Below, piece by piece: positions 39,631 through 50,931 of a stretch of 64,000 nt of DNA (positions within the stretch are counted from its first letter, which is position 1; each line of letters opens with the position of its first letter). The position numbers and the translations under genes were made by a program. Origin of the DNA: an uncultured Candidatus Rokubacteria bacterium (lineage in GTDB: Bacteria > Methylomirabilota > Methylomirabilia > Rokubacteriales > CSP1-6); assembly GCA_963789955.1 (NCBI GenBank), contig CAWBMV010000015.1, positions 128,001 through 192,000 of the forward strand, written 5' to 3'. The notes under the pieces were generated by a model. The model was not told the DNA's origin. It was given only the letters and a program-made list of their open reading frames with translations, and did not search any database.

Positions 39631-40596
39631 ATGCTGACACGCGGTGTGCGATACCTGCTCGTTCTGAGCGTCCTGCTGTGGAGCGGTACTGCGTGGGCGC
39701 AGACCAAGATGACCATCGCGACCGGAGTGGACCCGGTCTTCTCCGCCTACTACGTGGCCCAGCAGGAAGGGCTCTTCAAGAAGCACGGGCTCGACGTACG
39801 GATCAACACGGGCCCTTCCGGCTCGGCCATGGTGTCGTTCCTCATCAACGGCCAAATCGAATCCGCCTTCGGCTCGGAGATCGCGGGGGTCGCCAACCAC
39901 AACCTCGATCCCAACGTGGTCGTGGTGGCGCAGGCCACGCGCCTGGTGCGCTGGATCGCGATCGTGGGTCGCAACGTCGACAACCTCGAGCAGCTGAAGG
40001 GCAAGAAGATCGGCGTGGCCCGCGGCTCGGGCGGCGAGGTGTTCTGGCTGGCCCTGGTCGACAAGCTCAAGCTGAACGCGGCGGACTACACGGTGGTGAA
40101 CGTCGAGGCGCCGGAGATGATCGCGGCGCTCGAGCGCGGCAACATCGACGCCTACGCCGTGTGGGAGCCGTGGGTCACCCGCGGTCTGGCGGCCGTCAAG
40201 AACACGAAGGTGCTCCGAGGACCAGGAGGGCATCCTCGAGCAAGGCGTGCTACATCTACATGAACCTCGGCTGGATCAAGAAGAATCCGGAGCAGGCCGA
40301 GGGATTCGTGCGCGCCCTCATCGAGGCGACGGACATCATCAACAAGGATCGCAAGCGCGCCGCCAAGGACGTGTCGGACTTCCTCAAGAGCCTCGACCCG
40401 CAACTGGTGGAGCAGCTCATGACGAAGCTCCGCTTCGAGATGGTGCCTGGACGACTTCACCATCAGCTTGTTCCGGCTCGCCGAGACGCAGCTCAAGCAG
40501 CAGGGCAAGCTCACGAAGCCGCTCGACCTGGGCGCGTTCGTGTACCCGGATCTTCTTCGCAAACTTCAGCCCAAGAGCGTGAACTACAAACCGTGA
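39631..40596 (+). CDS. ABC substrate-binding protein (SsuA/NMT1 type); frameshifts near 40220-40240 and 40447
   Basis: Signal ending AWA; GLFKKHGLDV, LKGKKIGVARGS, GNIDAYAVWEPW. Confidence 0.88.
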
Positions 40597-40633
40597 GACC
40601 ACGCGCCGCCGCCCCCGACGCGAGCCGCCGGCG

Positions 40634-41944
40634 ATGAGGCGCTCGCTCTCCCAGAGCCCGGGGCGGATTTTCTACGGCTGGTGGATCGTGGCGATCGGCT
40701 GCGTGCAGGACGCGGTGAAGGGCGGGCTCTTCAACACCGGGTTCACGCTCTATTTCCTGCCGGTCCTCACCGAGCTGCAATCTCAGCCGCGCCGCGACCT
40801 CGCTGCCGTTCTCACTCGTCCCGGCTCGAGGCGGCGCTCGGCGCGCCGTTCGTCGGATATCTCATCGATCGATTCGACGTCAGGGTGATGCTGGTCGCGG
40901 GGACGTTGCTCGCGGGCCTGGGGCTCATCCTGCTCTCGCTCACGCACAGCTACCTTCTCTTCCTCCTCGTCTTCATCGGGCCCCCTGAGCTTCGGCTTCC
41001 AGGCTGGGTTCAATCAGGCGACCCTGGCCGTGGTCGCCCACTGGTTTCGCCGCAAGCGAGGGCTCGCGATGGCGATCGTCCAGACCGGCCAGGCCATCGG
41101 CGGCGTGTTGATCTTTCCGCTGGTCGCGCTGGCCGTGTTGAAGCTCGGCTGGCGGACGGCCGCGGTCCTGTCCGGCCTGGTCGTGCTCACGTTGCTTCCG
41201 CTCGTGCTCTTCATCCGGCGCTCTCCGGAGAGCATGGGCCTGCTGCCCGACGGTGATCGCTCGCCCGCGCAGGACCGACACGCAAGCCCCGCGGGGTTCA
41301 CGCCGCCGCTCGACGACACCCGAGAGTTCACCACCCGGGAGGCGCTGCGGACGCCGACGTTCTGGCTGCTCGCCGCGTTCCACGGCCTGCGCAACGTCCC
41401 GTACGCCGGCGTGACCGTGCATCTGGTGCCGCTCCTGGTCTGGAAGGGGCTCGACGAGCCGGCGGCGGCGTTCTACGTCGGACTCACGGCGCTGGCGACC
41501 GTCGTCAGCCGGCCGCTGACGGGGTGGCTCGGCGATCGGCAGTCGAAGCAAATGATCGGCGCCGTGGGCGTCTTGCTGGGCGCCGCCGGCCTGGCCGTGC
41601 TGGCGTACGGCGACGGGGCGTGGTGGGCGCTCGTGCTCTTCGCCGTCCTGTTTTCGTTCGGCGACGGCGTCAACTCGGTGACGTGGGCCCTGGTCGGCGA
41701 CGTGTTCGGTCGAGCCCACTTCGCGACGATCCGGGGCTGGATCAGCATGTTCCAGAGCTTTGCCTCGATGCCGGCCGCCGTGTACACGGGCTGGGTCTAC
41801 GACCGGACGCAGAGCTACACGCAGGCGCTGATCGCGTTCGTGATCTGCTACGGCGCGGCCGCGATCGTCTTGTGGCTGGTGCCGGACCCGACGCGGCCGG
41901 CACCGGTCGCCGTGGCGGCGAGCCGGGCGCTGAGCGCCTCCTAG
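40634..41944 (+). CDS. MFS transporter; frameshifts near 40780-40820 and 40985
   Basis: IFYGWWIV, GYLIDRF, WFRRKRGLA, EALRTPTFW, GWLGDR, FGRAHFATIRG. Confidence 0.88.
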
Positions 41945-42436
41945 AACGTCGCGCTGATCTTCGCGCCCTTCGAGGTCTGACACGAGCCGGCGCCGCCGCC
42001 GCGCATGCCGGCTTCCGAGGCGTCGAGCTCGAAGCGGCAGAGCATCGTGGTGCCGCGATTGCCCTTCAAGGTCGCGATCGCCTTGTTTTCGTGCGTGCGG
42101 AGGAACGTGCCGGAGTCGCGCGCCGCGCCCCACATGGTGTCGTCGATCGCGCCGCGAATCTCGGGCGGGTCGTCGCCGGTCCAGGCCGCGTCGATCGCGC
42201 CGCGAGCCAGGTCCTTCTTCACGACGGTGTACTTGCCCGAGAACCGCTCGCCGTCGGGCATGACGGCCGTCATCGTTCCGCGTGCCGCCAAAGAGCCCCG
42301 ATTCCCAGCTCATCGTCAGCGGCACCCGCGGCTGACCGGCGACGGCGACCTGTCCGGTCACCGACCCGGAGGCGCACCCGACGGCAGCGAGGGCGAGCAG
42401 CGAGAGCAGCACGATCGGGAACGCGTTCGTCTTCAT
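41941..42436 (-). CDS. Hypothetical lipoprotein; frameshift near 42283
   Basis: MKTNAFPIVLLSLLALAAVGC lipobox; MPDGERFSG; Cys pair MLCRF..GSCQTS; GAGG SD. Confidence 0.7.
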
Positions 42437-42543
42437 GCGGTTCGTCCTCTGGGGCGACGTGAACTTCGGGTGAGAGGCGATGATAAGCGATCGCGCGCTC
42501 CCGCGAAAGCGCGTCTGAACCGAGCTTCGAGAGCCGCCGCGGG

Positions 42544-43101
42544 CTAGCGGCCGATCGAGCCGCGCTCGAAGAGCGGGATGGTGCCGGGCGCCTGCACGCC
42601 CTCGATCGAGAGCAGTCGAAGCTTCGTCCTGATACCGCCGCGCGCCGAAAAACCCCCGAGCTTGCCATTCGCGGCGACCACGCGATGGCATGGGACGACG
42701 ATCGCGAATCGATTCTGCCCGAGCGCCACGCCGACGTCGCGCGCCGCGCCGGGCTCGCCGAGGCGCGCGGCGATCTCGCCGTACGAGAGCGTCGCGCCCG
42801 GCGGGATCGTGCGCGCGACCTCGTACACGCGGCGGTTGAACGGCGGGACCTCGCGCATGTCGAGCTCGACGAACGAGAGATCGCGCGCCTCGCCGTTCAG
42901 GAGCGCGACGATGGCGTCGACGGCCCGCTGGACCTCGGGCGGCGGCGGCGATTCGGGAGCACCCGGGAAGTCGCGTCCGAGCCGAGCTCGCGCGGCCGCC
43001 TCGCTGCCTTCCGGCAGCTGGACGCCGACGACACCGCGGTCGCCCCACGCGATGCCGCAGGTGCCGATCGGCGTATCGAACAGGAGGAAGCCGCGATCCA
43101 T
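42544..43101 (-). CDS. ogt: Methylated-DNA-protein-cysteine methyltransferase
   Basis: FDTPIG, IPPGATLSYGEIA, PCHRV active site. Confidence 0.93.
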   Translation of the reverse strand: MDRGFLLFDTPIGTCGIAWGDRGVVGVQLPEGSEAAARARLGRDFPGAPESPPPPEVQRAVDAIVALLNGEARDLSFVELDMREVPPFNRRVYEVARTIPPGATLSYGEIAARLGEPGAARDVGVALGQNRFAIVVPCHRVVAANGKLGGFSARGGIRTKLRLLSIEGVQAPGTIPLFERGSIGR

Positions 43102-43556
43102 CACGACGGTCGCTGCCGCCACTCGCGGATCTGGGCGGCGTGCTCGCGGTAGTGCCCGGCGCCGGCGCCGTCGAACGGATCCCGCGCGCCGCCGCCCGGC
43201 GCGAAGTGCGCATCTGGCAGCGCCGCGGCCGCGCCGACGAAGCGCCGGTGGCTGAGGTCCAGCTCGATGAGGACGTCGGCCGGCTTCACGCCCGACTTCC
43301 GGTCGACGAACCGCGCGTTCCACGCATCGAAATCATCATACGTCCCGGGCGGGTAGGGCGCCGCTCCGTTCGCGATGTTCGCGAACGCGGGGATCATCGC
43401 ATCGTGCCACCCGGAGATGTGGATGAGGATCTCTCGGACGCCCCAGCTCCCGAGCCATACGCGACGCATCTCCTCGTCGCTCAGCCCCTCGACCGCCTGG
43501 CGAAGCTCGGTGAACGCATCCTCCGCCTGCCGCAGCAAGGTGTCCTTGTCGCTCAT
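43101..43556 (-). CDS. DinB/ClbS/DfsB-like four-helix bundle protein
   Basis: GSWGVREILIHISGW, HYREH. Confidence 0.75.
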   Translation of the reverse strand: MSDKDTLLRQAEDAFTELRQAVEGLSDEEMRRVWLGSWGVREILIHISGWHDAMIPAFANIANGAAPYPPGTYDDFDAWNARFVDRKSGVKPADVLIELDLSHRRFVGAAAALPDAHFAPGGGARDPFDGAGAGHYREHAAQIREWRQRPS

Positions 43557-43922
43557 CTCGTGCCTCCCGCTTGGATAGTTCCTACGTCCTCTGAAACCCC
43601 GACCGGGCTCGCTTGTGAAACGGCCCCGCGCCTTGGACCGGCCCGGGTGCCCGCGCCGGGGCTGGTCACGGTCGGTCCATCCGTGCCGCCGGATCGGTCA
43701 GAAACGAGCCGACCGAGCCGATCGGGTTCGCGACCCGGATCGAGTAAGTCCGCGCGAAATCAGTCTTCGCCTGGGGTGTCCGGAAATGGTCTGTGTTTTG
43801 CGTCTTTTGGGCGCCGGAACCCCCACAATGGTGCTCATCTTGGTTTCTCTGCGCCCTATCGGTACGCTCCCGGGCCTCCCCGAGTCGACCACTCGGCGCG
43901 GTCGTTGCGGACGATAGCGGCG

Positions 43923-45378
43923 ATGGTGGGACCGCGGGCGTTCGGCACGCGACTGGCGGCGAAGCCGTTCGTCATCTCACTGCTCGTGATCGTCGTGCTG
44001 GCGGTCGTCGGCTATCTGAGCTTTCACGCCGTCGGCAATCTCGTCTCCGTCAACCGCGAGATCGCGACCCGCACCATTCCCGCGGTCCGTCTGGCCGCGT
44101 CCACCCGCGAGGCGATCACGCCACTCGTCAAGCTCGAGCAGCGGGCGGTGGTCATGGGCGATCCCGGCTACGCGACGGCGTGGAACGAGCGGGCGAACCG
44201 CGTCGCCGAGGATCTCGAGCGCCTCGCCCAGTATGCGCAGAGCAAGCGCGAGGGCCAGCAGCTCGCCGCGGCGCGGGCGGCGTTCGAGCGCTATCGCGGC
44301 GTCGTCACCACGGAGCAAGATCTCCTGCGCCGCGGCGCCCGCGCGCGGGCGCTCGCGCTCACGGATACCGAAGCGCGTCACGCACGCCGAGCAGGTCCAG
44401 GAGGATCTCGACGGGTTGATGGCGGCGATCCACACGCGCGTCCTCGCGGCCCAGGCCGACGCCGCGCGCCTCGAAGCCCGGACGTGGACCGGCGTGTTGA
44501 TCTCGCTGGGCGCGGCCGTCGGGCTGGCGCTGCTCGTCGCGCTCGAGAACGCCCGCCTGCACGCCGAAGCGCAGCTCCACATCCGCCAGCTGCTGGACCA
44601 GTCGCGGCAGCTCCTCGAGTCCAAGGTGGCCGCCGAGCAGGCCAGCCGCGCCAAGAGCGAGTTCCTCGCCTCGATGAGCCACGAGCTCCGCACCCCGCTG
44701 AACGCGGTCATCGGCTTCTCGCAGGTGCTCGTGAAGAAGACCTACGGCGAGCTCAACGAGCGCCAGCTCGAATACGTGAGCTCGATCCTCGCCGGCGGCC
44801 GCCATCTCCGGGCGCTGGTCGACGACGTGCTCGACCTGGCCAAGGTCGACAGCGGACACCTGACGCTCGATCTCACGCGCGTATCCATCGCCGAGGACGT
44901 TCCGGAGGTCGTGGGCGTCGTCCAGGCGCTCGCGCAGCAGAAGAACATCACGGTCACCGTGGAAGTGAAGGAGCCGCTGCCGGCCATCACCGCCGACCGG
45001 ATGCGGGTCCAGCAGATGATCTACAACCTGCTGAGCAACGCGATCAAGTTCACCGATGCGGGCGGCCACGTCACCGTGACGGCCGACACGATCTTCCTGG
45101 GCGGCCCCGACGGTCCGTGCTCGCTGCGCATCAGGGTCGCGGACACCGGCATCGGGATCAAGGCCGAGGACCAGGGCCGGATCTTCGACAAGTTCGAGCG
45201 GGGCGACTCCTCGTCAGCGCGCGAGCAGGAAGGAACCGGCCTCGGGCTCGCGCTCACCCGAAAGCTCGTCGAGCTTCACGGCGGCCAGATCAGCGTGGAA
45301 AGCGAAGGCATCAAGGGCCGGGGAAGCCTGTTCACCCTGCTCCTGCCGCTGGCGCCACCCGAGCACGCCGTCAGCTAG
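43923..45378 (+). CDS. Membrane sensor histidine kinase with four-helix periplasmic sensor; frameshift near 44380
   Basis: Two TMs; FLASMSHELRTPLN, NLLSNAIKFT, DTGIGI, GTGLGL. Confidence 0.9.
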
Positions 45379-45397
45379 CGGTAGTGCTTCCGCACCG

Positions 45398-47129
45398 TCA
45401 GGCCGGCATCGCCGGCTCGGGCAGCCGCTCGTACATCCGATGCACGTCGCCCCCGTGGAAGCGCGCCACGTGATTGGTGGGCGGCAGCGGCTCCGTGTAG
45501 AAGAACTCCGGGAGCTCGTCGTCCTTCTCGGTGAACCCGGCGCGGCGATTGAACTCGTACTCCATCCGGAGCGCGTCTCGCCCCAGCGGCTCGAAGAAGT
45601 CCTTGGTCAGGCTCGTCCCGTGCGCGGCGTTGATGGCGTTGACGAGGAACTCCGTGTTCGGGTTCGTGACGCTCATGCCGAAGATGCAGAGCCCGAGCGA
45701 GTCGTTGGCCGCCACGCGCGCCTGGTGGGCCAGGCTCTGCTCGACGATCTGCTCGGCGGTCATCTCGCGCGTCTTGAGCCGCGGCAGGTTGCCGGCCGTG
45801 TGGTCGGCGCCCTGCGCGGTAGCCATCATGGTGATGCCGGTGGCCTCGACGACGCGCGGATCGTAGGCGCTGATCGCCTGCTTCTTGATGACGGGCACGC
45901 GGCGCACCTTGTAGTGGGCGCCGACGCGCGCCGTGCCCTGCGCCCACAGCCGCCCCTTCTCGGTGCCGCGGCGCATCTCCGCCATGCAGTCGGCCATGAA
46001 CTTCACGTCGCCGAAGGCGCCAAGCCCGGCCTCCATCAGGACGGCCAGGGTGGCGCCGAGCTCGATCGTGTCGACGCCGAGATCGTTGGCGAGGAAGTTC
46101 ATCTGGGCGAGATCGTCGGGGTCGCTGAGGCCGCAGTTGGTGCCGAGGAGGCCGAGCGTCTCGTACTCGACCGGCGAGACGACTTCTTTTCCGCCGGCAT
46201 CGGCGTACACGTTGCTGCACTGGATCACGCAGCCCGGCATGCAGGCGTGGGTGTGCTCGCCGCCGCGCGAGACGTTGAGCTGGCTGATGTAGTCGCCGCC
46301 CATCTTGAACTTCTCGCCGCTCGCGACGTTCACCTGCTGGCCGGCGCTGAAGTTGCGCACCGGCAGACCGCCGAGCGCGTTTTGCAGATCGGCCATGCCC
46401 ATGGTGCCGATCTTCTGATAGAAGCTCGTGACCATCGAGTCCGCCAGCAGCATCTTGGCGTAGTCCTTGATGGCCGCGTTGACCTTCTTCGAGTCGTGGA
46501 ACGGCGGGATCTTGTCCAGGTCGACGACGACGGCCTTGACCTTCTTGGAGCCCATCACCGCGCCCACGCCGCCGCGCGCCGACAGCCGGGCCGGCCGGCC
46601 GTCCTTGTCGCTGAACGAGATGCCGCGCGAGCAGGCCCTGGTATTCGCCGACGGGCCCGCAGAGCGCGATCGTGACCTTGCTGCCGTACTTCTTGTGCAG
46701 CATCTCCTGGGCCTCGAAGTTGCCCTTGCCCAGGTACGGCGCGGCGTCGTCGAAGTCGATCGTGCCGTCTTTCCGGAAGTGGATGACGACCCAGTCGGGC
46801 GAGGCGCCGTGCAGGGTGAAGCCCGCGACTTTCTGCTGTCCGAGCCCATAGCTGAAGCTGCCCCCGCCGTTGGCTTCCTTGATGCCGCCGGTGAGCGGGC
46901 TCTTGCAGCCGACGCTCGTCCGGTTCGCGTTCGAGAAGCTCGTGCCCGCGAAGGGCCCGGCCGAGAAGATGAGCGGATTCGCCGGCGACAGCGGGTCGAC
47001 GGTCGCCGCGCCGAGCTCGAGCAGGGTCTTGGCGATCCAGTAACGGCCCGCCCTGACGATCTCCTCGCCGTGCAGCTCGCGCTTGGTGATTTTCCGACTC
47101 GTCAGATCGATGTCGTAGTAGATCCGCAT
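45398..47129 (-). CDS. Aldehyde ferredoxin oxidoreductase family (W/Mo-pterin); frameshift near 46630
   Basis: KSPLTGGIKEANGG, ARGGVGAVMGSKKVKA, CMPGCVIQC, EYET, LGVDTI, DSLGLC, FNRRAG. Confidence 0.92.
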
Positions 47130-47269
47130 GGCACGCTCCTGGTGTTCGGCCCGGTTGTGCTGTCCCTGCTGCGCCAACGTAAGCCGCTGCTTCCATCGTG
47201 TCAAATTCGGCCGTTTGTTGACAGCGCGCGGAGCTCGGGCCGACACTGCCTTCGTGGTGACACCGGCCG

Positions 47270-48037
47270 ATGGTTGAGGCGGCGCTCAAGACGCTCCTGG
47301 CACTCGTGCTCGTGGCGGTCGCGACAGCCTACGCGCGCGGGTGGCGCCGGTTTCACGCCGCCGGGTATGCGCCGCCGTTCTGGCGGCCGGCATCGTACGC
47401 GCTGGGGCTCGCGTTCGTCGCGGGCGCGCTGCTCTCGCCGCTCGACGAGCTCGCGGCCGAGCGATTCTCGGCCCACATGGCTCAGCACCTGCTGCTGACG
47501 ATGATGGCGGCGCCGCTGCTGCTGCTCGGTAATCCGCTGCCTCTCGTCCTGTGGGGACTGCCGCCCGGCGCGCGCCGATGGCTCGCGGCGCCGTTGCGAC
47601 GGACGGCGTGGCCGCGCGGCGCGCTCTCGGCGATGACGTTCTGGCCGACGGCCGGCCTGCTGCACGTCGCGACCATCTGGGCGTGGCACGTGCCGCTGCT
47701 CTACGACGCGGCGGCGGAGCACGAGATCGTGCACGCGATCGAGCACATCACCTTCTTCGGGACCGCGCTCTTGTTCTGGTGGCCGATCATCCGCCCGGCC
47801 CCGCGGCTCGGCCCGCGCCTGCATCCCGGCCTCCAGATCGCGTATCTGGTCGCCGCGACCGCGCAGAGCACGGCGCTCGGGATGCTGCTGGCGGTGCCGG
47901 AGCGCGCGTTCTATCCTCACTATGCGCGGGCCGCGGCGGCCCTCGGGATCAGCGCGGTCGACGATCAGATGGTCGGCGGCGGGCTCATGTGGAGCGGCGC
48001 GCACATGTACTTGCTCCCGATCCTCCTGATCCTGTAG
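47270..48037 (+). CDS. Cytochrome c oxidase assembly factor, CtaG/caa3 type
   Basis: SPLD, FSAHMAQHLLL, APLLLLG, WAWHVPLLYDAA, HAIEH, DDQMVGGGLMW. Confidence 0.88.
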   Translation: MVEAALKTLLALVLVAVATAYARGWRRFHAAGYAPPFWRPASYALGLAFVAGALLSPLDELAAERFSAHMAQHLLLTMMAAPLLLLGNPLPLVLWGLPPGARRWLAAPLRRTAWPRGALSAMTFWPTAGLLHVATIWAWHVPLLYDAAAEHEIVHAIEHITFFGTALLFWWPIIRPAPRLGPRLHPGLQIAYLVAATAQSTALGMLLAVPERAFYPHYARAAAALGISAVDDQMVGGGLMWSGAHMYLLPILLIL

Positions 48038-48086
48038 GGCATTTCGCGTGACGCCGCGCGCGAGCCCGACGACGCGCCGGCATAGC

Positions 48087-48237
48087 GGCTTTGCGCGCCG
48101 AGGCGCGCTTCTAGTGGCTTTGCGCGCTGCAGGCGGTCGCGGGGCTGGGGCCCCGCCGGCCGAGGCGCGCTTCTAGTGGCTTTGCGCGCTGCAGGCGGTC
48201 GCGGGGCTGGGGCCCCGCCGGCCGAGGCGCGCCTCTA
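48087..48237. repeat. Intergenic 62-bp tandem direct repeat (two full copies plus partials) with internal palindromes
   Basis: GCCGAGGCGCGC recurs at 48097, 48159 and 48221; the unit contains the GCGGGGC-TGGG-GCCCCGC hairpin. Confidence 0.9.
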
Positions 48238-48248
48238 AGGGAGAGGAC

Positions 48249-49973
48249 ATGGGATTCGATCTCGTGGTTCGTGGCGGGACCATCGTCGATGGCTCGGGAG
48301 GCGCGCGCTATCGCGGCGACGTCGCAATCAAGGACGGCCGGATCGTCGAGATCGGGCGCATTCGATCGACGGCCGAGCGCACGCTCGACGCCGACGGCCT
48401 GATCGTCGCGCCGGGCTTCATCGACGGTCACACCCACATGGACGCCCAGGTGGCGTGGGATCGCATCGGGAGCTGCTCCTGCTGGCACGGCGTGACCACC
48501 GTCATCATGGGCAATTGCGGATTCGCGCTGGCCCCGTGTCCGCCCGCGGAGCGCGAGTGGTTCGCTCGCTGCCTGACCGCGGTCGAGGACATCCCGACCG
48601 AAGCGATGATGGCGGGGATCGACTGGACCTGGGAGACCTTCCCCGAGTATCTGGCGAACGTCGACCGCCTGCCCAAGGCGATCAACTACGGCGCCTACAT
48701 CGGCCACTCGGCCCTGCGGATGTACGTCATGGGCAAGCGCGCCTTGACCGAGCGCGCGACCGAGGACGACCTGACGCGGATGGCCGCGGCGGTGCAGGAG
48801 GCGATCCGCGTCGGCGCGATGGGCTTCTCGAGCTCGCGCGCGACGACCCACGTCACGCCCGACAACACCCCGGTGGCGAGTCGCATCGCTGACTGGACGG
48901 AGCTCGATCGTCTGGTGGGCGCGATGGCCGAGCTGAACACCGGCGTGTTCCAGGTCGGCCCGGACGTTTCGGGAGGCGAGGCGCAGCGCCGATTCTTCGC
49001 GCGACTCAAACAGCTGGCGGTCGACACCGGACGGCCGGTGATGTTCGGCACGATCTCGAGCCGTCAGGGCGACCAGCCGAATCCGTGGACCTATCAGCTC
49101 GAGTACCTCGACGAATGCGCGGCCGCGGGCGCGCGGATGTGGGGGCAGACCACCACGCGCTCGATCAACGCGATCTTCTCGCTCAAGTCCTATCTGCCGT
49201 TCGACGTCTTGCCGGCGTGGCGCCAGCTCCGCCGCCTGCCGCTCGCGGAGCAGAAGCGGCGACTCGCCGACCCGGCGACGCGCCGCCAGTTGATCGCCGA
49301 AGAGGCCGGCATGAAGCCGCGCGACAACGTGTTCCAGGGCGGCGGCGCGGCCACCACCGATCCGCGCAAGCCCGACTACGCGAACCTCTACGCCATGAAG
49401 GGCGTCGACTGGAACGATCCGACCGTCGCCCAGCTCTCGTCCGAGCTTCATCGGCATCCGGTCGAGGTCATGATCGATCTGGTGCTCGAGAACGACAACC
49501 AGGTGTTCGTGCAGCCCCTCGTCAACGAGGACCCGGAGCACGTGCTCGGGATGCTGCAGCATGGGCGAACGCTCGCGACGTTCTCGGACTCGGGCGCGCA
49601 CGTCTGCCAGGAGATGGGCTCGTCGCTCCAGACTCATCTGCTGAGCTACTGGGTGCGCGCGCGGCAGGCGTTCACGCTCGAAGAGGCGGTACGCAAGCTC
49701 ACCTTCGACAACGCGTCGGCGTGGGAGCTCCACGACCGCGGGCTCCTGCGCGCGGGCTACAAGGCGGACGTCGTGGTGTTCGACGAGCACCGCGTGCAGC
49801 CGGCGATGCCGACGGTCGAGACCGATCTGCCCGGCGGCGCCCGCCGCCTCGTCCAGAAGGCGGAGGGGATCGCCGCCACGATCGTCAACGGCCAGCTGAC
49901 CCTGGAGAACGGTGAGACGACCGGCCGCACGCCGGGCGTCCTGCTGCGCGGGCCCGGCGCGCGTCCGGCCTGA
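48249..49973 (+). CDS. Amidohydrolase, N-acyl-D-amino-acid deacylase family
   Basis: VRGGTIVDGSG, APGFIDGHTHMD, HGVTTVIMGNCG, SDSGAH, GYKADVVVFD. Confidence 0.92.
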   Translation: MGFDLVVRGGTIVDGSGGARYRGDVAIKDGRIVEIGRIRSTAERTLDADGLIVAPGFIDGHTHMDAQVAWDRIGSCSCWHGVTTVIMGNCGFALAPCPPAEREWFARCLTAVEDIPTEAMMAGIDWTWETFPEYLANVDRLPKAINYGAYIGHSALRMYVMGKRALTERATEDDLTRMAAAVQEAIRVGAMGFSSSRATTHVTPDNTPVASRIADWTELDRLVGAMAELNTGVFQVGPDVSGGEAQRRFFARLKQLAVDTGRPVMFGTISSRQGDQPNPWTYQLEYLDECAAAGARMWGQTTTRSINAIFSLKSYLPFDVLPAWRQLRRLPLAEQKRRLADPATRRQLIAEEAGMKPRDNVFQGGGAATTDPRKPDYANLYAMKGVDWNDPTVAQLSSELHRHPVEVMIDLVLENDNQVFVQPLVNEDPEHVLGMLQHGRTLATFSDSGAHVCQEMGSSLQTHLLSYWVRARQAFTLEEAVRKLTFDNASAWELHDRGLLRAGYKADVVVFDEHRVQPAMPTVETDLPGGARRLVQKAEGIAATIVNGQLTLENGETTGRTPGVLLRGPGARPA

Positions 49974-49998
49974 CCGCCCGTCTCGTCGCCGCCGACCG

Positions 49999-50902
49999 CT
50001 AGAAGATCGCCAGCGGGTGCGCGGGCGCGCCCGTCGAGCCGACCAGCCGGATCGGCGTCGCGGTGAAGAGGAACTCGTACCGCCCTTCCTCGGCGCACGC
50101 GCGGGCCAGCCGCTCCGGGATTCGTGTTGTCCACGAGCACGAGACCGAGGAACGGAATGGCCAGGTGCGTGCTCATCGCGAAGCCCGGATAGGTCGTCGG
50201 GCGCTCGTCCATCATGTCCCACGAGATCGCGGCGATGTCCTTCTCGCGAAACCATTCTAGACACGACAGATGCATTCCCGGGTGCGGCGATACGCGCGGA
50301 ACCCAGTCGGGGTTGGCCTTCCTGAAGGGCTCGTCGCCGTTGCGCACGACCACTACGTCGCCCGGCTCGACCTTGACTCCCGCCCGCGCGGCGACCGCAT
50401 CGAGCTCCTTCGGTGCGACCGGTTGGCCGACGGTGACGTAGCCCTCCTTGCGGCCGGCGGCGACGTCGAGGAGCACGCCGCGGGTCGTCAAGCCGTCAAA
50501 GTAAGCGTCGATCGCGCACCAGGTCGCCCCGGCCGCGGTCAGGCTGTCCTTGAATCCTCGGCCGTTGTAGAGCTCGCCGTCCCACGCCACGTGGCACAGC
50601 GCGTCGATGTGCGTGATCGAGAAGCCGTGATACACGAGGTCGAACCGATCGAGCACCACGTCGGCGCGCTCGCGGCTCGACGGGAACGTCACGTTGTACA
50701 TGATCGCCGGCTGGGGCCCGATGTCTCGCGCGAGCGAGACCGTCCGGCCGGTTCGCACCAGCGCCGCGGCTTGCGCGCGCTTCGCGGCGGTGATCAGATT
50801 CGCGGTGCCGCGCTGGTCGTCGTGGCCCCAGCGGCCCCAGTTGTTCAGTTCCTTGAAGTAGCCCTCGATCCGATCTTGCGTGGGTGGCTTCCAGTCGGCC
50901 AT
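49999..50902 (-). CDS. Cyclase family (kynurenine formamidase-like) metal hydrolase; frameshift near 50118
   Basis: NNWGRWGHDDQRGTAN, THIDALCH, RGVLLDV, PGDVV; C-terminal GRYEFLF..PLAIF in the other frame. Confidence 0.88.
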
Positions 50903-50931
50903 CGCCGTGTCCTTTCGATGAAAATTCAGCG

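Noticed and set aside
48035..48085. Possible amber readthrough in the CtaG-like gene (frame stays open 15 more codons to a second TAG)
   Set aside because: No pyrrolysine machinery in the window; a base-call error or a true stop explains it
48087..48237. Possible CRISPR array
   Set aside because: Copies are contiguous and identical with no unique spacers, and there are no cas genes
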